From contig CBDCDS010000003.1 in the NCBI GenBank assembly GCA_965215365.1, positions 2,048,001 through 2,112,000 on the forward strand: a DNA stretch of 64,000 bases. The letters run 5' to 3'. Source of the DNA: Gammaproteobacteria bacterium (GTDB lineage Bacteria; Pseudomonadota; Gammaproteobacteria; Eutrophobiales; Eutrophobiaceae). The stretch's first letter is position 1. Every line of letters begins with the position of its first letter. Made by a program: the position numbers and the translations under genes. Positions 45,117-56,807 of this stretch are shown here, one piece after another. The notes under the pieces were generated by a model. It saw only the letters and a list, made by a program, of their open reading frames with translations. It was not told where the DNA came from and did not search any database.

Positions 45117-48100
45117 CTACCACTGCCAGTTGAACCTGAGCTCGAACCCATGTTCGGCTTCGGCCTGTACACGCATGCGACGAACTGCGCGCATACTGAG
45201 GGAGAAGTCCGGGGCGTGTGCCGCCGCCGGCGCTAACTGCCAGCCAAGGTGATAGTCCTGCACCCCGGCGGCGCGTCCGACGCCGGCCAGCGGGTGGCTA
45301 CTGAAGCGCCCCTTCAAGGCGGGCAGGCCGTAGGCCGCCTCCAGCGTCCAGCGGGCGGCGGCGTGAGTGCCGCGCCGCGACTGTAGCGTCTCCGGCCGGA
45401 ACAGTGCATCAAGGCCGCCATAAGCCGGACCACCAAGGTCATGGCGCAGGCTCAGCCGAGGACCGAAGGGAGTCCCCGGCGCCGGGTCGAAGGTCAACAC
45501 CGCGGAGATACCCCGGTCTTTGAGATCACCATCCTCGTGCGTCAGCAGTGTGCGGGCTGAGATGTCCAGCGTCAGGCCGAGGCGCGGCTCGAGCCACTGC
45601 ACGCCACCGCCAAACTCGACACCAAAGCCGGTCTCGGCGTCGCCGCCGTCGTGGCGGGCGCCGACAGCCAGATTCGGCGTGACCCGTCGGGTGCCGGCAA
45701 AGTCCAGCACCCAACTGCCCTCCAAACCCAGACGCAGCCGGGTCACGGCGGATGCTGAGGCCAACAGGCCGCGCGTCGCCGCCGAGGTCGTGCGCGTCCA
45801 CAGAGCATCGGAGGTGAGTGCCAGCACCGGACCAGGCCCGACCGGAGCGAGCAGGTCGCCGCGCAGGCCGGCCGCGGCCAGTACCCAATCAGTGTCGGCG
45901 GTAAGGGTCGCAGCGGCACCCGGCATCAATGTCACTGCGCCGCGGCCATAGCCGGTGGCACCCCACAGCGTCAGCCGCTCGGCGACCCGGCGCGTGGCGT
46001 AGGGGACCACGGCCGTCAGGGCAGACTTCACCTCACCGGCGCCCGCACCGACGGCAGTGTCCGGGTCGGCCGTAGCGCACAGTTCCGAAGTGCTGCCCGT
46101 AGTATCGCCCACAGCCACAACCTCATCTTTACAGAGATTACCGGCGGCGGCGCGATAGCCGCCGGCGGCCGCAGTCTCGGTCAGCGTCAAGCCGACGAGC
46201 CAGTCGCCTCGGGCGTAGTCGGCGCCCAGCATGACGGTGGTGACCTTGCCGTTGAGGGTTACATCGGTACCATGACCGCGGTCAACGCCGTCAAAGTGAC
46301 TTTGTGCCGCGCGCCCCCAGAAAGCCAGACTGCCAGCGGCGCGGTCGGCGGCCCGGGTCAGCGTAAAGCTCGACCCTAACAATGCTGCGCGCGCAGTCAT
46401 GGAGGTGCCGTCTCCGGGTGGCCGGGAGTCAAGTAGCCGGGCGTCGAGTAACCGGACATCGAGTGAATGAGCAGCGGCTGAGTGGCTATCGCCCGCCAAG
46501 GTTGAGCGCCCCAACAATGGCTTCACACCGACGCCACCGCCAGGGGTATGGAATCCGTCTGGCCCGTTCGTCGCGCCTATAGTGAGGGGCGCCACGCCGC
46601 CGCTGACCGGTTTTACCGCCGCCGCGCTGAATGCCCGACCCGCAAACACCCCGCGCAGCCCCGGTGTGCGCGGGGCCGCCAAGCGTCCGGCGATGCCGCC
46701 GAGCGCATGCTCGGCCACAGTGCGCCCGAACCGTGCGAGGTGAGCCGCCGGCAGCGGATCGTCGTTCGTGATCATACCCACGCCCACCGCATCGGCGAGC
46801 GCCGCTCCATCGCTCACGCGGGTCAGAACCAGCTCGAACGTCTCGCCGCTGTCGTCGTGGGCATCATTGATTGTCGCAACCAAAATCTGCTGCTCGACAT
46901 CCCCCTTCCGGAAAACGGCAGCGGCGGACTTGGCTCTGTAGTCCACGCCCTCCTCGGCCGACACCGGCATGCTCTCGCGCGTCTTGGCGAACACGTAGAT
47001 GAGAACCGGTGCCGGTGCCGACAGCCGTACCGTGAACGCCGCCGCATGCCCCTCGCGCACCTCGGCATCGTCCACCGAAACCGTCGGCTCTGTCGAAGCC
47101 GGCGCCGGTGACGGGGTGGCCTGCTGCGCCGCGCCGCCTTCCCGCGCCGCCAGTGCCGCCGCTACCGGGTCCCAGCGCGACCAGCCCCGGCCTGCATAGC
47201 CTTGCGCCTCGGCAGTGGTCATCGGCTCCAGCTCGACGAAAGCTACGTCGGTCTCGCCCAAAGCCTTGAGCACCCGCTGCCAGCGCCTCACGTGCTCGGG
47301 ACCCTCGTCGGTCTCGAGCGCATAGCCGCGCACGGCAGCAATCAAATCAGCATAGGGGTCGGCTTCCGCCGCTACTTCGGTCTCTGTCTCAACTTCGGTC
47401 TCCGCCTCGACTTCGGTCTTCGCTTCAGCCTCAGCCTCCGCTGCAGCCGCGACATCGTCTTGGTTCTCAGCCGGCGCTTGCTGCGCCTGCTGCGTAGCAC
47501 CTTCCCGCGCCGCCAGCGCCACCACCACCGGCACCCAGCGCGCCCAACCCTGGTCAGCGTAGCCCTGTGCCTCAGCTGCGGTCATGGCCGGGCCTTCGCC
47601 CTCGGTACCGCCGCTCAGCGCATGCAGTACGCGCCGCCAGCGCAAGACATGGCCCCATCCCTGCGCGAGCTCGGTGGTGTAGTGGCGGACCTTGTCAATG
47701 AGGGGCGCCTCCGCGATGGTGAAGCGGGTTTCGCTGAGCCCCTCACTGGAAACACCCGAGTTAACCGTTTGCGACAGGGTGACAATCACGCTTTCCTCCA
47801 GCTCATCCAGGTCATCGGGCAGGATCGTGATGTTAAAGCGGGCCCGGCTTGAGCCGGCAGTGCGCGCGGTGCCGTCCGCCGCGTTGTTCGTCCGCGTGCA
47901 ACCGTCCTGGTTGAGTCTCACAAGCCTGCCGTTGTGCCACAGCTGATAGTCCGCGCCGGGCGTCGCGGTGCCCGTGAAGCACAGCCGGAATCCCCAGGCG
48001 TTCGGCAGGTGCAAGCCCGTGCCATCCGGCTTGTAGGCGATCCGGTGGACGGAGAAAGTCCGTTGCGCGCCTTCGGGCAGAGTCTGCCCCGATACCTCGC

Positions 48101-50297
48101 TGCGCGCAGGTGAAAACACAATGAAGTCGCGTTCGTTGATGACGGTGTTGGCCGTGACCACCAGGTTGAAGCCGCGGGCTGTCGCGTGCGGGTCCGCGCC
48201 GCCGCCGACATTGCTGCCGAGGCTCGTGCGGTCGAAGCCGTTGATGCCGGCACCGTCCGGCCCCAGCTCGACCCGCAGCGTCTTGCCGCCGCTGCCCGCC
48301 GCGGCAGTCAGCGCCAGCGTCGCCAAGCGGGCACCGGTGCCGTCGAAGCGCAACTGCGGCGTGGCGGTGGCGGCGCCGCTGAGTGCCACGCCTTCGTTGA
48401 GGCCGGCGCCGGATTGCAGCGCCAGATTCCAGTCGCCGACGGTGACATTGGCGCCGGACACGGCGAGCGGCACATCAATGATCTCGCCGGCAACGAGCGC
48501 ACGGCCAAGCGTAACTGTGAATACCGCCGTTTCGCCCTCGAACAATGAGCCTCCGCCCGCCAGCGACACGATCGTGGGGTCGTCGTCACGCACCGCGAGG
48601 ACAACCGAACCCGGCGCGCCGAGGGTGTAGCCGGAACCGGCGGCGATACGGGTGGTGAGCGACCAGTCGGGCTCGTCCAGATTGTTGCCGGTTGCGGTGA
48701 CGGTATAGCTGTTGCTGCTGCCGCCGCCGGAAATCGTCGTGGCCGAGGCGCTTACGCTGCCCCGCGCAGACACCGTCGGCTGGCCGTGGTTGATCGAGCC
48801 GTCCACGGGAATATCCGAGGTGACGATGATGGTGGCGGTGGCGCCCTCGTCGATGCGGGTGGTCGCGCCCTGCGCCGCCACCGTCAGCACGGGCGTGTCA
48901 TCGTCGGTTACGGTCACGGTCACGCTGCCTATTGAGATGCCGTTGTAGTCGGTATCGCTCGATGCCGCGGTATGGGTGATGACCGAGCTGCGCTGGTTGC
49001 CCACATCGTCGCGGCTGTTGTTGACGCCGGTGACGGTGATGGTTTGCGCCACGTTCCAGGCGCCGGCGCCGCTGGGCGTGAAAGTAAGCGTTTGCGTCTT
49101 GCCAGCCGAGCCTGCGGCCTTGTTGACGGTGGCCGCGCTGTCGGTGGCCGAGCTGACTGTGATGGTGACATTGTGGCCGGGCTCGGTGGCGAGCCGGACG
49201 GTGTAGGTGTCGCCGCCGCCGTTCTCGCCAACCGAGGTGCCACCATCCGATTCAACAATGAGCACCTCGGGCGTGTCGTCGTCTGCAACTGTCACCGTGG
49301 CTGCGGACGAGGTACCCAGGGTGTAGCCGGTGCCGGCCGTCAGCGTCACTGTCACGTCGCCGTTCGCTTCGTTGGTATTGTCCGCCACCGTTGCCACACT
49401 GTAGGCAACCGAGGCCTGTCCCGCCGCGATCGTCACGGTGTCCGCGCCCTCATTGCCCGTTGCCACGAAGTCGCTGCCCGAGGCATCGGCGACCGTGAGG
49501 CTCACCGCCAGCGCCGCCGTGGTCGCGCCCGTGCGGCTGATGGTGAAGCGCGCCGCTGCGCCCTCGGTGACCGGCGAGGCGACGCCGGCGATGGTGACCG
49601 TCGGGAGGGTGACGGCCGCGCCGTTGATGCGGATTTTGAGGCTGGACCGGACAAGGTTGTTGGTCCATTGAGCGCCATCCGTATTCCATCGGAACCGATG
49701 CAGGTTGGCGATGCTCCAGCCACTGGCGGCACCGCTGTCCTCGTTCATCGATGTGGTAACTCGCCATGAGGCGAAGTTGCTGCCGATGTCGCCGGTGACA
49801 TCAAGGACGAGGAAGTACGAGGTGTTGGCCGCCAGCGCGATGCCGCTGCCGGCCGCCGTAAACGTCAGCACCGTGTCGCTCGTGAACGCGGTGTATGCGG
49901 GATTCCGCAAGGTGCCCACCACAGTTCCCGGTGCGCCGCTGGCGTTGGCGCGGATCGACACCGTAAAGGGGACGCCGGCATCCAACCTGTTGAATTCGAT
50001 TTCGACGCTGTTCAACCGGTAGCCGGCACTGTTGCCGCCGGTGGTGAATTGCTGGGCGTGATCGAGCCCGCCAAACAAGCTGGCAATGAGGCTGGGATTG
50101 GCGAAGTCCGCCTGGCCGAGATTGCTGACCAGCGCCTGCTGCGCCAGAACTTTGGCAGGCAGGCCGGCCAGACCCAACAGCGCTGCCGCCAACAGCGGCA
50201 GCAAGCCGCACTGGACTTTGCCCGTCCCTCGTCTCGCCTCGGCGCCGCTTTGGGTTGTTCGCCAATTAGCGTCACCGCGCTCTTCGTTGCTTACCAT
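45117..50297 (-). CDS. giant surface protein with Calx-beta/Ig-like domains, duplicated helical domain and autotransporter-like C-terminal barrel
   Basis: signal peptide, EG..A.FT...DD.TP repeats, NDAHDDSGETFELVL, ARHDGGDAETGFGVE, terminal FNWQW. Confidence 0.82.
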   Translation of the reverse strand: MVSNEERGDANWRTTQSGAEARRGTGKVQCGLLPLLAAALLGLAGLPAKVLAQQALVSNLGQADFANPSLIASLFGGLDHAQQFTTGGNSAGYRLNSVEIEFNRLDAGVPFTVSIRANASGAPGTVVGTLRNPAYTAFTSDTVLTFTAAGSGIALAANTSYFLVLDVTGDIGSNFASWRVTTSMNEDSGAASGWSIANLHRFRWNTDGAQWTNNLVRSSLKIRINGAAVTLPTVTIAGVASPVTEGAAARFTISRTGATTAALAVSLTVADASGSDFVATGNEGADTVTIAAGQASVAYSVATVADNTNEANGDVTVTLTAGTGYTLGTSSAATVTVADDDTPEVLIVESDGGTSVGENGGGDTYTVRLATEPGHNVTITVSSATDSAATVNKAAGSAGKTQTLTFTPSGAGAWNVAQTITVTGVNNSRDDVGNQRSSVITHTAASSDTDYNGISIGSVTVTVTDDDTPVLTVAAQGATTRIDEGATATIIVTSDIPVDGSINHGQPTVSARGSVSASATTISGGGSSNSYTVTATGNNLDEPDWSLTTRIAAGSGYTLGAPGSVVLAVRDDDPTIVSLAGGGSLFEGETAVFTVTLGRALVAGEIIDVPLAVSGANVTVGDWNLALQSGAGLNEGVALSGAATATPQLRFDGTGARLATLALTAAAGSGGKTLRVELGPDGAGINGFDRTSLGSNVGGGADPHATARGFNLVVTANTVINERDFIVFSPARSEVSGQTLPEGAQRTFSVHRIAYKPDGTGLHLPNAWGFRLCFTGTATPGADYQLWHNGRLVRLNQDGCTRTNNAADGTARTAGSSRARFNITILPDDLDELEESVIVTLSQTVNSGVSSEGLSETRFTIAEAPLIDKVRHYTTELAQGWGHVLRWRRVLHALSGGTEGEGPAMTAAEAQGYADQGWARWVPVVVALAAREGATQQAQQAPAENQDDVAAAAEAEAEAKTEVEAETEVETETEVAAEADPYADLIAAVRGYALETDEGPEHVRRWQRVLKALGETDVAFVELEPMTTAEAQGYAGRGWSRWDPVAAALAAREGGAAQQATPSPAPASTEPTVSVDDAEVREGHAAAFTVRLSAPAPVLIYVFAKTRESMPVSAEEGVDYRAKSAAAVFRKGDVEQQILVATINDAHDDSGETFELVLTRVSDGAALADAVGVGMITNDDPLPAAHLARFGRTVAEHALGGIAGRLAAPRTPGLRGVFAGRAFSAAAVKPVSGGVAPLTIGATNGPDGFHTPGGGVGVKPLLGRSTLAGDSHSAAAHSLDVRLLDARLLDSRPPGDGTSMTARAALLGSSFTLTRAADRAAGSLAFWGRAAQSHFDGVDRGHGTDVTLNGKVTTVMLGADYARGDWLVGLTLTETAAAGGYRAAAGNLCKDEVVAVGDTTGSTSELCATADPDTAVGAGAGEVKSALTAVVPYATRRVAERLTLWGATGYGRGAVTLMPGAAATLTADTDWVLAAAGLRGDLLAPVGPGPVLALTSDALWTRTTSAATRGLLASASAVTRLRLGLEGSWVLDFAGTRRVTPNLAVGARHDGGDAETGFGVEFGGGVQWLEPRLGLTLDISARTLLTHEDGDLKDRGISAVLTFDPAPGTPFGPRLSLRHDLGGPAYGGLDALFRPETLQSRRGTHAAARWTLEAAYGLPALKGRFSSHPLAGVGRAAGVQDYHLGWQLAPAAAHAPDFSLSMRAVRRMRVQAEAEHGFELRFNWQW

Positions 50298-50357
50298 AGT
50301 GAAAAAGGTGGTTTTGCCAGGCCCTCGCCATAACCGGCAAAGATGGGCGCTGTTTTC

Positions 50358-51728
50358 CTAACCGACCAGTCGCAGGATGTCATTGTAGAGTGCCAGCACC
50401 ATCAGACTGAACAACAGTACCAGACCCACGCGCTGGGCCAGCACCTGCGCGCTGAGCGACACCGGACTGCCTTTGACAAACTCCACTAGATAATAACACA
50501 GGTGGCCGCCGTCGAGCATGGGGATCGGCAGCAGGTTCAAAATCCCCAGGCTGATGCTGACCAGGGCCAGGAAACTCAGGAACGCGACCACACCCAGTTG
50601 TGCGGTCTGCCCCGCGTACCGGGCAATGCTGACCGGCCCGCTGAGGTTCTTCAAGGAGGCCTGGCCGGTCATCATGCGCCCCAGTATCTGCAGGGTCATT
50701 ACGGACATATCGACGGTTTTAACTACCCCTTTCAGCGCCGCCTGATACCACGGATAGGTTTCCCGCGCCAACAGGGACTCGTCAAGAGCGGCCTTAGGGT
50801 CGAGGCCGACGCCAACATAACCGATGCGCTCGCCCTGCTCGTCAGTCCTTGCCTCAGGCGTGACTACCAGGGTCATGCGCGTGCCGGCTCTGGCTATGGT
50901 GACAGTCATGGGGGTATCCGGCGCCGCCCTGATCAGTTCCACCCAGTGCTGCCAATCGCGCACGGGCGTCTCGTCAACGGCAACGATTTCATCGGCTTCA
51001 CGCAGGCCGCCCTGCCAGGCCGCACCTTGGTAACTGACCTGCCCCAACTTCGCCGCCGCGTGCGGACGCGCCGGCTCGAAGCCCAGCAGGTCCAACAGGC
51101 TACCCGCGGCCATGGCATCGATGGAGATGGTGCCCAGGTCCAGCGTCAGCACCCGTTCAGTGTCGCGCGCATCCCGCACCCGTAACGCCGTGCTATCACC
51201 CTCAACAACGCCGGCCACCAGATATTCCAAGGCGGTATTCCAGGTCGGCGTCGGCTGCCCGTCGATGGCTATAATCTCATCACCCGCCTGCAAACCGGAC
51301 TGCACGGCCAGCTTGCCATTCTGCACCGATCCCAGCACCGGTTTCAGCCCGGTAATGCCGATCATGAAGACCAGCCAGTACGCCAGAATGGCAAAGATGA
51401 AATTGAAAATGGGGCCGGCGGCAACAATGGCGAACCGTTGCCCCAGCGATTTGTTATTGAAGGCCCGGCCCTGCTCGGCTGCCGGCACCGGTGCCTCGCG
51501 TTCGTCCAGCATTCTCACATAGCCACCCAACGGCACCATGCCGATGACAAATTCGGTGTCATCGGCGCCGAACTTGCGGCGCCACAACGGCCGCCCGAAG
51601 CCCACCGCAAACTGCAGCACCTTGACGCCACAACGCCGGGCCACCCAGAAGTGACCGAACTCATGGAACGTGATCAGGATTCCCAGCGCGACGATGAACG
51701 CCAGCAGCATTTGCACTATGCCAATCAT
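50358..51728 (-). CDS. rseP: RIP metalloprotease RseP; ATG start proposed
   Basis: HEFGH, PLGGYVRM, two PDZ domains, NLLPIPMLDGG. Confidence 0.97.
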   Translation of the reverse strand: MIGIVQMLLAFIVALGILITFHEFGHFWVARRCGVKVLQFAVGFGRPLWRRKFGADDTEFVIGMVPLGGYVRMLDEREAPVPAAEQGRAFNNKSLGQRFAIVAAGPIFNFIFAILAYWLVFMIGITGLKPVLGSVQNGKLAVQSGLQAGDEIIAIDGQPTPTWNTALEYLVAGVVEGDSTALRVRDARDTERVLTLDLGTISIDAMAAGSLLDLLGFEPARPHAAAKLGQVSYQGAAWQGGLREADEIVAVDETPVRDWQHWVELIRAAPDTPMTVTIARAGTRMTLVVTPEARTDEQGERIGYVGVGLDPKAALDESLLARETYPWYQAALKGVVKTVDMSVMTLQILGRMMTGQASLKNLSGPVSIARYAGQTAQLGVVAFLSFLALVSISLGILNLLPIPMLDGGHLCYYLVEFVKGSPVSLSAQVLAQRVGLVLLFSLMVLALYNDILRLVG

Positions 51729-51798
51729 GCGCGGCAGCTCCGGCAACCTGAGCAGGCAGAGCAAGAACCCGCCACAACAGCACGCTTGAGAGCAGTCA

Positions 51799-52995
51799 TC
51801 ACCCTCCGAATTTTGCCGACAATACCCGGCAGTGATCCTGTGCATGGGTGCGCGCCTGTTGGTCTGCACGCAGTATCTGTTCCAGAGTGTCAGCCGGCTC
51901 GAGCGCAACCGCGCTCAGGGTCTGTTCCACCACGGCAGCAATGTCCGTGTATCTGATGCGCCCGTTGAGAAATTCATCCACCGCCACCTCATTAGCGGCA
52001 TTGAGCAGGGTGGTGCCGGTGCCGCCGGCGACAAAGGCCTGGCGCGCCAGCCTCAGGCATGGAAACCGTTGCGGGTCCGGCTGTGCAAAGTTCAGTTGCG
52101 ACACCTCGAACAGATTTAATCGTTTTACTCCGGCATCAATGCGCTGCGGCCAGGCTAGGGCATAAGCAATAGGCGTGCGCATATCCGGATTGCCCAGTTG
52201 CGCCAGCACCGAGCCATCGGCGTATTCAACCAGGGAATGAATGATGCTTTCGGGATGGATCACGACCTCAACGTTATCGGTGTCAGTGGCGAACAGCCAG
52301 CAGGCCTCAATGACCTCCAGCCCCTTATTCATCATGGTGGCAGAATCCACTGATATTTTTCTACCCATATCCCAGTTGGGATGAGCGCAGGCCTGGTCTG
52401 CCGTCACCTCTCGCAATGCCGACAGCGGCGTTGTCCGGAACGGGCCGCCCGATGCGGTCAGCAGGATACGGTTCACCCCGACCTTTTGCAAACCCTGCGC
52501 GCGCGGTTGCGGCGGCATACACTGGAATATGGCATTGTGCTCACTGTCAACGGGCAGCAGGCAGGCATTGTTTTTCCTGACCGCATCCATGAACAGTTTA
52601 CCGGACATCACCAGCGCCTCCTTATTGGCCAGCATGACCCGCTTGCCGCGCTGCGCCGCGGCCAGGGTCGGCAACAGGCCGGCGGCGCCGACAATGGCGG
52701 CCATGACATAGTCCGTTTCGGCACTGGCGGCGACTTCCTGCAACCCATCGCTCCCTGCCAGCACCCGTATTTCCGGTGCCTTGTGGCGCAGACCGTCCCG
52801 CAACTGTAGGGCGGCGTCCGGGTCAGCCATCACCGCGTAGCGCGGGCGCCACTCAAGACATTGCGCCAGCAACCCTTGCACGTTGTTATTGGCGGTGAGC
52901 GCAACCGGCGCAAACAGGTCCCGGTGGCGGGACATGACGTCCAGCGTGCTGACGCCGATACTGCCGGTCGAACCCAGGATGGTAATGCCAATCAT
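51799..52995 (-). CDS. dxr: 1-deoxy-D-xylulose-5-phosphate reductoisomerase
   Basis: [36 protein letters not shown]. Confidence 0.98.
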   Translation of the reverse strand: MIGITILGSTGSIGVSTLDVMSRHRDLFAPVALTANNNVQGLLAQCLEWRPRYAVMADPDAALQLRDGLRHKAPEIRVLAGSDGLQEVAASAETDYVMAAIVGAAGLLPTLAAAQRGKRVMLANKEALVMSGKLFMDAVRKNNACLLPVDSEHNAIFQCMPPQPRAQGLQKVGVNRILLTASGGPFRTTPLSALREVTADQACAHPNWDMGRKISVDSATMMNKGLEVIEACWLFATDTDNVEVVIHPESIIHSLVEYADGSVLAQLGNPDMRTPIAYALAWPQRIDAGVKRLNLFEVSQLNFAQPDPQRFPCLRLARQAFVAGGTGTTLLNAANEVAVDEFLNGRIRYTDIAAVVEQTLSAVALEPADTLEQILRADQQARTHAQDHCRVLSAKFGG

Positions 52996-53000
52996 AGTCG

Positions 53001-53840
53001 TTACTCCAATAGCAGGACACCGCTAAAAAATACCGGCGCGGCGGCGGTCAGGCTGTCTATGCGGTCCAGCGCACCGCCGTGGCCCGGCAACAAATCGCCG
53101 CTGTCCTTCACGCCGCCGCTACGTTTCATCAGGCTCTCGGTGAGGTCGCCGACTACCGACATGGCCAGCGCCAGCAAACAGACCGGCATGAACAGCGCCA
53201 GTTCCACCAGGCTCAGTGGCAGCAGCAACAGCGCGCACAGCAACGCGGCCAACAAGCCACTGAGCAAGGCGGCCAGCAATCCTACTACGGTCTTGCCGGG
53301 GCTGATGTGCGCGGCCAGTTTACGCTTGCCCCATCTCCGGCCAACGTAATAGGCACTGCTATCCGCCACCCAGATCATAATAAACAGACAGCTTACCAGA
53401 ACCGGGCCGGACCATTCAGGATTTGTATGCAGCGCCACCAGCGCGGTCCAGGCCGGGACCAGCGCCAACACGCCGATAATGGCCTGCAGCAGTGGCCCGG
53501 GACTGAAGTTCCTGCCGTCCCGGTAACGCAGGATGAGCAGCAGCGCCACACCCCACCAGAGTAACGCCAGCCCCATAACAACCTGCGTCATCATACCGTC
53601 AAGGTTATGGTAGCAGAGCGCCAGCAGCAACAGACCCAGGACCAAGGCCAATAGTTTCCGCACCAATACTTGCCGGCGCCCGCGCGGCGGCATCAGCCCG
53701 GCCCATTCCCAGGCGCCAACTAGCGCCACCAGCGCACACAAGCCCGCAAACAGTTCCTGACCACCATACAGGGTAATACCCAGCGCCAGCGGTATCAGCG
53801 CCAGAGCAGTGCCGACACGCGCGTTAAGCGCCATGTTCAC
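53001..53840 (-). CDS. cdsA: phosphatidate cytidylyltransferase
   Basis: [41 protein letters not shown]. Confidence 0.97.
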   Translation of the reverse strand: MNMALNARVGTALALIPLALGITLYGGQELFAGLCALVALVGAWEWAGLMPPRGRRQVLVRKLLALVLGLLLLALCYHNLDGMMTQVVMGLALLWWGVALLLILRYRDGRNFSPGPLLQAIIGVLALVPAWTALVALHTNPEWSGPVLVSCLFIMIWVADSSAYYVGRRWGKRKLAAHISPGKTVVGLLAALLSGLLAALLCALLLLPLSLVELALFMPVCLLALAMSVVGDLTESLMKRSGGVKDSGDLLPGHGGALDRIDSLTAAAPVFFSGVLLLE

Positions 53841-54553
53841 GTGGCCTTGACCAGTTGTTCCGAGGTGCGCCCGAAGCGGCGTTGCCGACGCACGTAGGCG
53901 TCCAGCGCCCGGTCAAGCTCGGCGGCATCAAAGTCCGGCCAATAAACGTCGCTGAAATACAGCTCCGTATAGGCCAGTTGCCACAGCAGAAAATTGCTTG
54001 CCCGCAACTCTCCACCGGTACGGATGAACAGGTCGGGATAGTCCGGCAGTTGCAAATGGGAACGCAGAGCTTGTTCGGTAATGTCGGCGGCGGCGCGCCC
54101 CTGCTCGTTCAGTTCGATGAAGAGTTTTCTGCAGGCGGATACAAGTTCCCCACGGCCGCCGTAATTGATGGCTATAACAAGCTGTAACCCGCCATTGCCG
54201 GCGGTGTCGCGCGCGGCGCTGCCTACCAGTTCCTGTAATTCAGCCGGGAACGCGGAAATATCACCAATAAATTTCAGCCTGACGTTGTTGCTGTTCAACT
54301 CGTCCATTTCGCTACTCAGCGAAGCCATAAACAACTCTATCAACAGGCCAACTTCCGCGTCCGGGCGCTGCCAGTTCTCACTGCTGAAAACATACACGGT
54401 AAGCATTTTGATGCCCCGACGCACGCTGTGTCTGACCGTGGCGCGCAACGCGTCGATACCGGCCCGGTGACCGGCTGCGCGCGGCAGACCCTTGTTCTTT
54501 GCCCACCTGCCGTTGCCATCCATGACGATGGCGACATGCGCCGGCAGACTCAA
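53837..54553 (-). CDS. uppS: undecaprenyl diphosphate synthase
   Basis: [34 protein letters not shown]. Confidence 0.97.
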   Translation of the reverse strand: MSLPAHVAIVMDGNGRWAKNKGLPRAAGHRAGIDALRATVRHSVRRGIKMLTVYVFSSENWQRPDAEVGLLIELFMASLSSEMDELNSNNVRLKFIGDISAFPAELQELVGSAARDTAGNGGLQLVIAINYGGRGELVSACRKLFIELNEQGRAAADITEQALRSHLQLPDYPDLFIRTGGELRASNFLLWQLAYTELYFSDVYWPDFDAAELDRALDAYVRRQRRFGRTSEQLVKAT

Positions 54554-55107
54554 ACCTCCATCAACTCCATTTCTTTCTCCTCAAGTATCCGCTCCACATC
54601 CTTGACGTGGGCATCCGTAAGTTGCTGTATGTGTCCCTCGTGCCGGCGCTCATCATCCTCGGTAATGAGCTTTTCCTTCAACATTTCCTTGACGTTGTGG
54701 TTGGCGTCGCGGCGGATGTTACGGAGCGCGACCCTGGCATGTTCTGCTTCGGTACGCACCAGTCGGGTTAACTCTTTCCTGCGTTCTTCGGTCAGCGCCG
54801 GCAGTGGCACGCGGATAACATTGCCGGCAGTCACCGGGTTCAGCCCCAGATCAGAGTCACGTATCGCTTTTTCGACCTCCGTCACGGTGTTCCGGTCCCA
54901 GGGCGTCACCCCCAGGGTGCGCGCATCTAGCACGCTGATATTGGCGGTCTGGTTCAGCGGCGTTTTGCTGCCGTAATAATTGACGGGCAGGTGTTCCAGC
55001 AGGCTTGGATGTGCGCGTCCGGTACGAATTTTTGCCAGATCGTTGTCTAGCGCCTTGAGCGTCTTGTCCATACGCGTCTCAGCATCTTTGATAATGTCTT
55101 CAATCAT
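54550..55107 (-). CDS. frr: ribosome recycling factor
   Basis: [30 protein letters not shown]. Confidence 0.97.
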   Translation of the reverse strand: MIEDIIKDAETRMDKTLKALDNDLAKIRTGRAHPSLLEHLPVNYYGSKTPLNQTANISVLDARTLGVTPWDRNTVTEVEKAIRDSDLGLNPVTAGNVIRVPLPALTEERRKELTRLVRTEAEHARVALRNIRRDANHNVKEMLKEKLITEDDERRHEGHIQQLTDAHVKDVERILEEKEMELMEV

Positions 55108-55123
55108 TTTTTGTCTGGCATGG

Positions 55124-55849
55124 TTAAGCACTGACCAGGGTGCCCTCCGGCAGCCCCGTCGCGGCGCGCAGCAGCGCGCCAGGTTGCATCATATTCAACA
55201 CCCGCAGCGGCATGTTGTTCTCGCGGCACAGTACGATGGCAGTCGTATCCATGACCGCCAGCTTGCGCTCAATCACCTCATCATAACCCAAAACGTCGAA
55301 ACGTATCGCCGATTTATCCTGCATGGGGTCTGCGGAATAGATGCCGTCCACCTTAGTCGCCTTGATCAACAGGTCTGCATCGATTTCGACGGCGCGCAGG
55401 CTGGCGGCAGAATCGGTGGTAAAAAAGGGATTGCCGGTGCCGGCGGCAAAAATCACCACGCGCCCCTTCTCCAAGTGACGCACCGCCCGCCGCCTGATGT
55501 AATCTTCGCACACCTCATTGATCTTGAGGGCCGACATGACCCGGGCAAAAGAGCCAAGCTGCTCTAAGGCATCCTGCAACGCCAAGGAATTCATGATAGT
55601 GGCCAACATCCCCATGTGGTCGGCGCTGACCCGGTCGATGCCGGCCGCAGCCAACCCGGACCCGCGGAAAAAATTCCCCGCGCCCAGTACCAGGGCCACC
55701 TGGGCGCGCTGTTGGCTCAGCTCACGAATTTCGCCGGCGAGACGCTTTATGGTAGCGGGATCAATGCCGTAAGCGGCATCGCCCATCAAGGCTTCGCCGC
55801 TCAGCTTTATCAGAATTCTTCGATAACGCAGTTCTGCAAGCTCAGGCAA
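55124..55849 (-). CDS. pyrH: UMP kinase
   Basis: [25 protein letters not shown]. Confidence 0.97.
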   Translation of the reverse strand: MPELAELRYRRILIKLSGEALMGDAAYGIDPATIKRLAGEIRELSQQRAQVALVLGAGNFFRGSGLAAAGIDRVSADHMGMLATIMNSLALQDALEQLGSFARVMSALKINEVCEDYIRRRAVRHLEKGRVVIFAAGTGNPFFTTDSAASLRAVEIDADLLIKATKVDGIYSADPMQDKSAIRFDVLGYDEVIERKLAVMDTTAIVLCRENNMPLRVLNMMQPGALLRAATGLPEGTLVSA

Positions 55850-55856
55850 GACTCCG

Positions 55857-56750
55857 TCACCCCTCGCTCAGTCCGGCTTGCTGCATGACTTCGGCAGCGA
55901 AGTTGTCTTCTTTTTTCTCCAGTCCTTCACCCACCTCATACCTGACGAAACCGTTGACCACAGCATTGTGTTTCTTTAGCAGTGCCGCGATGGTAACGTC
56001 GGGGTCCTTCACGAAGGCCTGACCCAGTAAGGTATTCTCCTGTAAGAACTTTTGCATGCGGCCGCTGACCATCTTCTCAACGATGGCGTCCGGCTTGCCT
56101 GATTGTGCCGCCTGGGCCAGCTGAATATCCCGCTCCTTAGCCAGCACCTCCGCCGGCACCTCCTGTGCCGCCACACACAGCGGGCTGGCGGCGGCGATGT
56201 GCATGGCCAGGTCTTTGGCGAGGTCGGCATTGTCCACGGACAAGTCCACCACGACGCCGATGCGGATACCGTGTACATAAATGCCCAGCGCGCCGCCGGG
56301 GCTCTGCTGCAGCCGGGCATGGCGCCGCACGCTGATGTTCTCTCCCAGCTTGGTCACCAGTTCCTGTCTGGCGTCTTCCGCCGCTTGCGCGCCACCGTTC
56401 AGGGACACCGCCGCGTACGCCCCGGGCGTTTCATCGCCCTGCTCCAGCAAGGCTCCGGCAAGACTGTGCGCGAAGCCCTGGAAGTTTTCGTCGCGAGCAA
56501 CGAAGTCAGTCTCGCAATTCACTTCCAGCACCAGCGCCCGGCTGTCGTTTTCAGCCGCGGCGATGACGATGGTTCCTTCGGCGGCGATACGTCCGGCTTT
56601 CTTGGCGGCCTTGGCCACGCCGGATTTGCGCATCGCTTCGATTGCCGCTTCAATATCACCGGCAGTCTCCTGCAACGCCTTTTTGCAATCCATCATGCCA
56701 GCGCCGGTGCGCTCTCTTAGTTCTTTTACCATGGAAGCTGTAATTTGCAT
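55857..56750 (-). CDS. tsf: elongation factor Ts
   Basis: [34 protein letters not shown]. Confidence 0.98.
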   Translation of the reverse strand: MQITASMVKELRERTGAGMMDCKKALQETAGDIEAAIEAMRKSGVAKAAKKAGRIAAEGTIVIAAAENDSRALVLEVNCETDFVARDENFQGFAHSLAGALLEQGDETPGAYAAVSLNGGAQAAEDARQELVTKLGENISVRRHARLQQSPGGALGIYVHGIRIGVVVDLSVDNADLAKDLAMHIAAASPLCVAAQEVPAEVLAKERDIQLAQAAQSGKPDAIVEKMVSGRMQKFLQENTLLGQAFVKDPDVTIAALLKKHNAVVNGFVRYEVGEGLEKKEDNFAAEVMQQAGLSEG

Positions 56751-56807
56751 ATTATCCTCACTACTTTGTATCTGAACCCTGACCCCACCCGTCCTGCCGG
56801 CACCCGT

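Noticed and set aside
51729-51908. Cys-rich N-terminal extension of RseP (likewise the RseA extension to 63817)
   Set aside because: Overlaps the upstream gene; homology begins at the downstream ATG
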